DNA of 64,000 nucleotides from Oscillospiraceae bacterium (GTDB lineage Bacteria; Bacillota; Clostridia; Oscillospirales; Ruminococcaceae): NCBI GenBank assembly GCA_014799385.1, contig JAAVIC010000006.1, positions 52,037 to 116,036 of the forward strand, read 5' to 3'. Shown piece by piece: positions 56,949 to 64,000 of this stretch (position 1 is its first letter; each line of letters starts with the position of its first letter). The notes under the pieces were generated by a model. It saw only the letters and a program-made list of their open reading frames with translations, ran no database searches and was not told where the DNA came from. The position numbers and the translations under genes were made by a program.

Positions 56949-58970
56949 ATGGGTACATTCACAGCGGACAACATCAGAAACATCGTTCTGGCGGGGCACG
57001 GCGGAAGCGGAAAGACCGCCCTTGCCGAGGCTATGCTGTTTAAGTGCGGCTTGACGGACAGAATGGGCAATACCGCGGACGGAAACACCGTTTGCGACTT
57101 TGACGCGGAAGAAATCAAGCGTAAAATCTCAATCAACGCGGCAGTTGCGAATATGACCTGGAACAACGTTAAAATCAACGTTATCGATGCCCCGGGCGGA
57201 TTCGACTTCGTGGGCGGGCTTTACGAGGGAGTCCGCGCCGCCGAGAGCGTTATAATCACCGTAAACGGCAAGGACGGCGTATGCGCGGGTACAGTCAAGT
57301 CATATCGCCTTGCATCTCAGATGAATAAGGCTTGTATGCTGGCGGTTACTTGTATGGAGGTCGAAAACAGCGACTTCTATCGGGTGTTTACGCAGATGAA
57401 GACTGTGTTCGGACCGTCCGTTTGCCCGATTGTCGTGCCGTATGACAAGAACGGACCTGTTGAGGCATATATCAATCTGCTTACAATGAAAGCGTATAAA
57501 TACGACACCAAGGGTGTTCCGACCGAGGTGGAAATGCCCGCCTCCGAGAACCGTATCGCGGGTCTGCGTGCCGCAATGGCAGAGGCTGTCGCCGAAACCA
57601 ACGAGGAGTTTATGGAGAAGTTCTTTGCGGGCGAGGAGTTCACGCAGGACGAGCTTGTTCGCGGAATCCACGATGGTGTGGCAAACGGAACGATCACTCC
57701 CGTCGTCTGCTGCGCGAACGACACACTTTCGGGCGTGGATATGCTGTTGGACGCGGTTACAAAAATGCTACCCTCGCCGAACGAGCGCAAGCTGGAGAGC
57801 ATTGACGGTTCTCCCGTGGATTATGACGAAAACAAGCCGTTTAAGGGGATTATTTTCAAGACCGTTGCAGACCCGTTTGTCGGGAAAATCAGTTATGTAA
57901 AGGTGGTTCAAGGCAAGCTGACAGCAAAGACCGTTCCCGTTTCTGTGGACGGCGCAGAGCTGCGTTTCGGCAAGCTGGTTACCGTAATCGGCAAAAAGCA
58001 AGAGGACGCGTCCGAAATCTGCGCGGGCGACATTGCGGCGGTTACCAAGCTGGAGGCGAACACGGGCGACACGCTTTGTGACGCGGCAGATACCAAGCCG
58101 CTGGCGGGTATGAAGTTCCCGAAGGCGAATTACTTCCGCACCGTAACGCTTAAAGGCAACGGGGACGAGGGCAAGCTCTCGGCGGCTATCAGACGGCTTC
58201 TGGAGGAGGACCGCACACTGGAATATGTTCACAACCACGAAACCCACGAGCGCATTATCGGCGGATTGGGTGAACAGCATCTGGATATTGCCGCCGCAAA
58301 GCTCAAAGCAAAGTTCGGGATCGAGGTTGCGCTCTCCGCGCCTAAGGTCGCATATCGCGAGGCGATAAAGAAAAAGGTTACCATCGAGAGCAAGTACAAG
58401 AAACAATCGGGCGGTCACGGGCAGTACGGACACGTTAAAATCGAGTTCGAGCCGTATGACGGCGAGGAGCTGCTGTTTGAGGAGAAAATCTTCGGCGGAA
58501 GCGTTCCGAAGAATTACTTCCCCGCGATTGAAAAGGGCTTGCAGGAGTCCTGTGAGAAAGGCTCTCTCGGCGGTTATCCCGTGGTACGTCTGAAAGCTAC
58601 TCTGCTGGACGGAAGCTATCACCCCGTGGACAGCTCGGAGCTTGCGTTCAAGACCGCCGCGTCTATGGCATTTAAGGATTGTATGAAAATCGCCGAGCCG
58701 TATCTGCTTGAGCCGATTCAGAGCCTGAGCGTCCTCGTGCCCGATGACAAACAGGGCGATGTGATGAGTATGCTTTCCAAGAAGCGCGGTTCGGTTCTGG
58801 GAATGAACAGTATGGGCGATGGAATGACGGAATTGATCGCCGAGGCGCCCGAATCCGAAATGCAGGACTTCGCGCTTTCGCTCCGCCAGATCACCCAAGG
58901 ATTGGGCGAGTTTTCCGCAGAGTTTGCAAGATATGAGATGCTCCCCTCGGGAACCGAGATCAAGCAATAA
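56949..58970 (+). CDS. Elongation factor G paralog (EF-G2-like)
   Basis: GHGGSGKT G1, GLGEQHL, KKQSGGHGQYGHV and DGSYHPVDSSELAF motifs; G3 and G4 motifs divergent. Confidence 0.9.
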   Translation: MGTFTADNIRNIVLAGHGGSGKTALAEAMLFKCGLTDRMGNTADGNTVCDFDAEEIKRKISINAAVANMTWNNVKINVIDAPGGFDFVGGLYEGVRAAESVIITVNGKDGVCAGTVKSYRLASQMNKACMLAVTCMEVENSDFYRVFTQMKTVFGPSVCPIVVPYDKNGPVEAYINLLTMKAYKYDTKGVPTEVEMPASENRIAGLRAAMAEAVAETNEEFMEKFFAGEEFTQDELVRGIHDGVANGTITPVVCCANDTLSGVDMLLDAVTKMLPSPNERKLESIDGSPVDYDENKPFKGIIFKTVADPFVGKISYVKVVQGKLTAKTVPVSVDGAELRFGKLVTVIGKKQEDASEICAGDIAAVTKLEANTGDTLCDAADTKPLAGMKFPKANYFRTVTLKGNGDEGKLSAAIRRLLEEDRTLEYVHNHETHERIIGGLGEQHLDIAAAKLKAKFGIEVALSAPKVAYREAIKKKVTIESKYKKQSGGHGQYGHVKIEFEPYDGEELLFEEKIFGGSVPKNYFPAIEKGLQESCEKGSLGGYPVVRLKATLLDGSYHPVDSSELAFKTAASMAFKDCMKIAEPYLLEPIQSLSVLVPDDKQGDVMSMLSKKRGSVLGMNSMGDGMTELIAEAPESEMQDFALSLRQITQGLGEFSAEFARYEMLPSGTEIKQ

Positions 58971-59045
58971 TAAACGTATAAATAAGCGGATTCCCCGTCA
59001 CAGACGGGGAAATTCCGTTAATCTAACTAAAGTTGGTGATTATTT

Positions 59046-61136
59046 TTGAAACTCAATTATAAACACATTATGGCATCGGGGTTGGCGGCTGTATTCGCTG
59101 CGACAACCGTTATGGCGGAATCCCCGGAATCTCCCCAAAAGGAACAAAAGGAAGAGATCAAGTCCGAGTATTTCACGCTTGAATATACCGAGATTACATA
59201 CAGCGGCGAAGAGCAAAAGCCCGCAATTCTCGCAAAAATCGGCGATAACGAGCTTGTTGAGGGCACGGATTTTACCGTGGAATACCCCGAAGACTGCGTA
59301 ACCGCCGGTGACAAGACGATTACCATAAGCGGAATGGGCGCGTATTCGGGAGAAACAGAGCTGTCCTATACAATAGAGCCGTTGGACGTTACGAAAGACG
59401 AAAATATTTCCGTGAGCGTGCCGCCGTGTGTATATAACGGCTTGGCGCAATGCCCCGCAGCGGTTGTGATGTTCGGCGAAGAAACGCTGATTGAGGGCGA
59501 GGATTTCACTGCGGTTTACTCCAATAACATTGATGCAACCGTTTCGGACAAGGCGAAATGCGTGCTGACATTTATGGGGAACTACACGGGAACGCGCACC
59601 GTGCTGTTCGACATCGACAAAGCCCCCTCGGAGAACCGCGAATTTATCTTAAAAGCCAATCGTTCCGCAAATACGGTATTCGCGCTCTCCGCGCTTAAAC
59701 CTGCGGGGGCTTCATTCGGAACTCCGATTTACGATTCCGATGATTTCGATCCCGCCAATAAGCCCAAAATTGCGTTTAATGAGCTGCGGTTCGCACTTAA
59801 TTCCGAGGTTCAAGGCAGCGCGATTATCCGCGTGCCCATAAAGGATATGCGCAACTATGCGGATTATGAGTTGGTTTTTATTGTGGAGGCGGCGGAAAAC
59901 AGTGTTCCGAATCTGGTTATTCACAAGATTTCAAAGGAGTATGACGGCGAACCGATAACCGCCGAGGAACTCGCGAAAAATGGCAGCTATGCGGAGCTTG
60001 ACGGGCAGCGTATTGAGGGCGAGTGGAGCTTTATTGACGAGCCGCCCGTTCTCCCGTGCGATACGGCGATTCGGGTGATGTTTATTCCAACGGATTCCGC
60101 GCTGGAATCCGCTGTCGGAGTGGCGGGAGTGAGCGTTTCCAAGCTCCGCGCGGCGGGTTTTTCGATAAGAGCAAGCTCCTCTCATGTGAGAGCGGGGGAG
60201 AGTGTTTCCGTGACTGTTTCGGGAATCCCCGATGATTACAGCGGCGAAATTCGTGTGAAATCCAGCGGCGAGGGCGCGGAGGGCTTTACGCTCACGCAAA
60301 TCACCGATACGGAATACACAGCGCAATTCCCGGAAAAAGACGCGCTTTACACGTTTACGGCGGAGCTTTCGGGCGATGAGATTTACGCGGCGCGGACTGC
60401 CGAATTTACCGTGAGAGTGGGAAATGCCGAGCTTCCCGAGGAGCAGCCCCCCGCGAAGATTACCGCCGAGGAGGAGCTTGCACAGATGGTGAACTCCGCT
60501 GAGGAGGGCGGGGAAGTCGCCGCAGAGGGCTGCAAATCCATATCCGCGGAGATAGTGAAAACCGCCGCCGAAAAGAAACTGACCCTCCGTGTTAAGCTGA
60601 ACGATTCTTATACATGGGTTATTGAAACGGATAAGCTGCCGCGCTATGATACGCTGAATCTTACGCTTACACCCGCCGTTATTCCGTATGTGCTGTTGGA
60701 TCAAATCGGCGGCGATACAAGCGCGGCGTTTAACGTGTTTGATAATCACCTTGGCGGCGGCGCGTTTCTGGAGGTAACCACGGCGCAATATGACGATGAT
60801 ATTCCGCGATTCGCGAACTTGTTTCTGTACAACACGGACGGTGAGTTGGAATTTGTTTCCTGTAACCGTGTGAGTGAAAAAAGCAAAGCCGTTCTTGCAA
60901 TATCCAAGCGCGGCAAATACGCGGTTATCACAGATACGGAAACCAAAATGCGCGGCGATTTGAACAACGATATGAGGATAAATGCCACAGACGCCACAGA
61001 GGCATTAAAAATCACGGTGGGACTTTCTGCGACAGACAGTCTGAAAGGCGATACCGATGGAGATGGCAAAATCACCGCTCGTGACGCTACTCAAATTCTT
61101 AAGTACTTAGTGGGGCTGCCGAGCACACTGGAATAG
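59046..61136 (+). CDS. Secreted repeat-containing surface protein with C-terminal dockerin
   Basis: TTG start and signal peptide; two Y(S/N)G...P...L.EG.DF.V.Y repeats; GDLNNDMRINATDAT and GDTDGDGKITARDAT loops. Confidence 0.8.
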   Translation: MKLNYKHIMASGLAAVFAATTVMAESPESPQKEQKEEIKSEYFTLEYTEITYSGEEQKPAILAKIGDNELVEGTDFTVEYPEDCVTAGDKTITISGMGAYSGETELSYTIEPLDVTKDENISVSVPPCVYNGLAQCPAAVVMFGEETLIEGEDFTAVYSNNIDATVSDKAKCVLTFMGNYTGTRTVLFDIDKAPSENREFILKANRSANTVFALSALKPAGASFGTPIYDSDDFDPANKPKIAFNELRFALNSEVQGSAIIRVPIKDMRNYADYELVFIVEAAENSVPNLVIHKISKEYDGEPITAEELAKNGSYAELDGQRIEGEWSFIDEPPVLPCDTAIRVMFIPTDSALESAVGVAGVSVSKLRAAGFSIRASSSHVRAGESVSVTVSGIPDDYSGEIRVKSSGEGAEGFTLTQITDTEYTAQFPEKDALYTFTAELSGDEIYAARTAEFTVRVGNAELPEEQPPAKITAEEELAQMVNSAEEGGEVAAEGCKSISAEIVKTAAEKKLTLRVKLNDSYTWVIETDKLPRYDTLNLTLTPAVIPYVLLDQIGGDTSAAFNVFDNHLGGGAFLEVTTAQYDDDIPRFANLFLYNTDGELEFVSCNRVSEKSKAVLAISKRGKYAVITDTETKMRGDLNNDMRINATDATEALKITVGLSATDSLKGDTDGDGKITARDATQILKYLVGLPSTLE

Positions 61137-61193
61137 AGCGTTAATGCGAACACGCTCGTATATACGTGGTATACTTGTGAAAGGAGTAACTGT

Positions 61194-61994
61194 GTGAAGA
61201 TTATTGATACGCACGTTCATATCGGGGGAGATGATATGACGGAGCAAATGGTTATTGAGATGATGGAGGACTACAATATCTCATACGTCATTGTGTCTAA
61301 CGGCGACGCGGCGGAGTTGGATCATCGTCAGCAGGTTCTCTCCGTGCAGCATACTCAGGAGGAAGCGCTTCAAAGAACATTGGACTTTGCGCGGGCATAT
61401 CCCGACAAGGTTGGAGTGGCGGTGTGGATAAAACCGCGCTTACAGGGGCTTACCAAAGAACTTGAGAAAATGATAGAGGAAAATTCAGACATAATCAAGG
61501 CGATTAAAATTCATCCGTTTCATTCAAACATCTCGCCCACGGACAGGAGAGTGATACCATATTTGGAACTGGCGGAGCATTATCGCTTGCCCGTGGTTTC
61601 TCATACAGGAGGTTGTGAGGCTGCTGAGCCGATTCATTTGTATGAGGCGGCAAAGATGTTTCCGAGTATTCCGTTCGTAATGGTGCATATGGGGCTTGGT
61701 TCCGATAACCGTGCGGCTTTGGAGCTGTTGGGAAGGGCGAATAATCTATACGGTGACACAACGTGGGTTCCGATGAGCACAACTGTTGAAGCAGTAAACA
61801 GATTCGGCGCGGAAAAAATGCTTTTTGGCAGTGACGCTCCGATTGACGGGAAGGATACCTATCTATGCAATCCCAAAGGGGAGCGTTCGTTGTATCAGGA
61901 TTATTTTCATGTGCTGCCAAATCTGATTTCGGAGTCGGATTATAAAAAGATTATGCACGAAAACGCAGAACGAATGTTCAATATCAATTGTTGA
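61194..61994 (+). CDS. Amidohydrolase family (TIM-barrel metal-dependent hydrolase)
   Basis: DTHVH, KIHP, VSHTG, MVHMG, YGDT and LFGSD motifs. Confidence 0.88.
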   Translation: MKIIDTHVHIGGDDMTEQMVIEMMEDYNISYVIVSNGDAAELDHRQQVLSVQHTQEEALQRTLDFARAYPDKVGVAVWIKPRLQGLTKELEKMIEENSDIIKAIKIHPFHSNISPTDRRVIPYLELAEHYRLPVVSHTGGCEAAEPIHLYEAAKMFPSIPFVMVHMGLGSDNRAALELLGRANNLYGDTTWVPMSTTVEAVNRFGAEKMLFGSDAPIDGKDTYLCNPKGERSLYQDYFHVLPNLISESDYKKIMHENAERMFNINC

Positions 61995-62023
61995 CTAAAT
62001 CGGACAATTGTACATTATCAAAA

Positions 62024-62063
62024 AACCGCCCCAATTGTGCGAAAAGCACAAATTGGGGCGGTT
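62024..62063. terminator. Bidirectional terminator
   Basis: AACCGCCCCAATT...AATTGGGGCGGTT with A and T tails. Confidence 0.8.
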
Positions 62064-62083
62064 CATTTTTTTATTGAATCGGA

Positions 62084-63901
62084 TTAACCGAGTCTCTTCT
62101 CGATGTTGTCGAGCTGAGCCTTAAGCTCTGCGGGAACGTTTCCGCCCTTTGCCTCGATGTCCTCGGCATAGTAACGGCGCATTTCCGCAACTTCCTTGGT
62201 CCAGAGATCCTTGTTGACTTCAAGGAGCTGATCCATAATCGCGGGAGTTACCTCGTCCTCGATACCCTTAACGTTGATGTCCTCGGGCTTGGGCAGATAG
62301 CCGATCGCGGTTTCGGTAGCGTCAACCTTGCCCTCGCAGCGCTTGATGATCCAGTCGAGAACGCGCATATTGTCGCCGAATCCCGGCCAGATGAAGTTTC
62401 CGTCTGCGTCCTGGTGGAACCAGTTTACGTTGAAGATCTTCGGAGCCTTGTCGCCGAGGGTCTTGCCCATATCCAGCCAGTGCTGCCAGTAATCGCCGAC
62501 ATTGTAACCGATAAACGGCTTCATAGCCATCGGGTCGTGACGGAGTACGCCAACCGCGCCGGTAGCCGCTGCGGTGGTTTCCGAAGATACCGCAGAACCT
62601 ACATAAGTGCCGTGATTCCAGTCAAACGACTGATAAACCAATGGAGTGGTGGACGCGCGGCGACCGCCGAAGATGATTGCCGAAATCGGCACGCCCTGCG
62701 GGTTGTTGAACTCGGGGGACAGGCACGGGCAGTTCTCTGCGGGAGCAGTAAAGCGGGAGTTCGGGTGAGCGAGCTTCTGAGGCTTGCCGTCTGCGCCCGG
62801 CTGCGCGGTGAACTCCTTGCCGTTTACCTTTGCGCCCTTCCACTCTTCAGCGTTCTCGGGCGGGTTCTTGTCAAGACCCTCCCACCAAACGGTGTTGTCA
62901 TCGAGGTTGATTGCAACGTTGGTGAAGATAGCGTTCTTCTTGGTGCACTCAAGAGCGTTGAAGTTGGACTTCGCGTTTGTTCCGGGAGCAACACCGAAGA
63001 ATCCGTTCTCGGGGTTGATTGCGTACAGTCTGCCATCGGGACCGGGTTTCATCCATGCAATATCATCGCCTACGGTGAATACCTCGTAGCCTGCCTCTTT
63101 GTATACTGCGGGCGGAATCAGCATTGCGAGGTTGGTCTTGCCGCAAGCGGACGGGAACGCAGCCGCAACATACTTGATGTCGCCGTCGGGCTTCTTAACG
63201 CCGAGGATAAGCATATGCTCAGCCATCCAGCCCTCTTTCCAACCCTGATAGGACGCGATTCTCAGCGCGAAGCACTTCTTGCCGAGCAGAACGTTTCCGC
63301 CGTATGCGGAGTTGATCGACCAGATCGTGTTGTCCTCGGGGAACTGAACGATGTATCTCTTTTCGGGGTCAACATCAGCCTTGCTGTGCAGTCCGCGAAC
63401 AAAGTCGTTGGAATCGTCCGGCAGGTTCTTGAATGCCTGTTCGCCCATACGGGTCATAATGTTCATATTCAGAACAACGTAGATGGAGTCGGTAAGCTCA
63501 ACGCCGACCTTTGCGATAGGCGAGCCGATAGGACCCATCGAATACGGGATAACGTACATGGTTCTGCCCTTCATTACGCCGTCATACATCGGGGTGAGCA
63601 TTGCGTACATTTCCTTGGGATCCATCCAGTTGTTGGTAGGACCTGCATTTTCCTTCTTGCGGGAGCAGATGAATGTTCTGTCCTCTACGCGCGCAACGTC
63701 ATTCGGCTTGGTTCTGTGGTACAGGCAGCCGGGAAACCTGTCCTCGTTGAGACGCTTCATTTCGCCTGTGGAAATTGCCTCCTCGGTCAGCGCGTCAAGC
63801 TGAGCCTTCGAGCCGTCGATCCAAACAACCTTGTCGGGCTTGGTAAGCGCGGTCATCTCGTCAATCCATTTCAGTACATTGGGGTTCTTCGTCAATGCCA
63901 T
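62084..63901 (-). CDS. pckG: Phosphoenolpyruvate carboxykinase (GTP)
   Basis: DVARVEDRTFIC, YGGNVLLGKKCFALRI, AFPSACGKTNLAM, VGDDIAW and AHPNSRF motifs; start ATG 63901. Confidence 0.97.
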   Translation of the reverse strand: MALTKNPNVLKWIDEMTALTKPDKVVWIDGSKAQLDALTEEAISTGEMKRLNEDRFPGCLYHRTKPNDVARVEDRTFICSRKKENAGPTNNWMDPKEMYAMLTPMYDGVMKGRTMYVIPYSMGPIGSPIAKVGVELTDSIYVVLNMNIMTRMGEQAFKNLPDDSNDFVRGLHSKADVDPEKRYIVQFPEDNTIWSINSAYGGNVLLGKKCFALRIASYQGWKEGWMAEHMLILGVKKPDGDIKYVAAAFPSACGKTNLAMLIPPAVYKEAGYEVFTVGDDIAWMKPGPDGRLYAINPENGFFGVAPGTNAKSNFNALECTKKNAIFTNVAINLDDNTVWWEGLDKNPPENAEEWKGAKVNGKEFTAQPGADGKPQKLAHPNSRFTAPAENCPCLSPEFNNPQGVPISAIIFGGRRASTTPLVYQSFDWNHGTYVGSAVSSETTAAATGAVGVLRHDPMAMKPFIGYNVGDYWQHWLDMGKTLGDKAPKIFNVNWFHQDADGNFIWPGFGDNMRVLDWIIKRCEGKVDATETAIGYLPKPEDINVKGIEDEVTPAIMDQLLEVNKDLWTKEVAEMRRYYAEDIEAKGGNVPAELKAQLDNIEKRLG

Positions 63902-64000
63902 AACTGTTAATCTCCTTAATTTATTATTTGAGAGCCTGTAAAAAACTCTCTCCACAATTACCATTATACACGAAAAAAATCAAGTTGTCAAGGAATTTTT

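Overview
Chromosomal segment of a clostridial (probably Oscillospiraceae/Ruminococcaceae-type) Firmicute; the taxonomy is inferred from the many dockerin genes, sigma-A promoters and gene content. Core genes (tgt, rpsO-pnp, trmK-nif3-rqcH-valS, rmuC, smpB, pckG, an EF-G paralog) are interleaved with short acidic accessory genes, c-di-GMP/chemotaxis signalling genes, a PadR-DUF1700-DUF4097 envelope module and surface proteins. I found no rRNA, tRNA, CRISPR array, integrase or transposase. Main observations: (1) seven tandem secreted dockerin genes in two duplicated operons (50959-56693), with conserved ends, variable middles and signs of mosaic shuffling; (2) a type I toxin-antitoxin locus missing from the ORF track (41-aa toxin, 9360-9485, plus convergent sRNA); (3) a ~68-nt structured leader at +1 of several promoters, including a tandem triplet; (4) an 11-copy modular hairpin family that abuts or supplies ribosome-binding sites; (5) MITE-like elements flanked by duplicated terminators; (6) a CCA-enzyme-like protein and an EF-G paralog with altered catalytic motifs.
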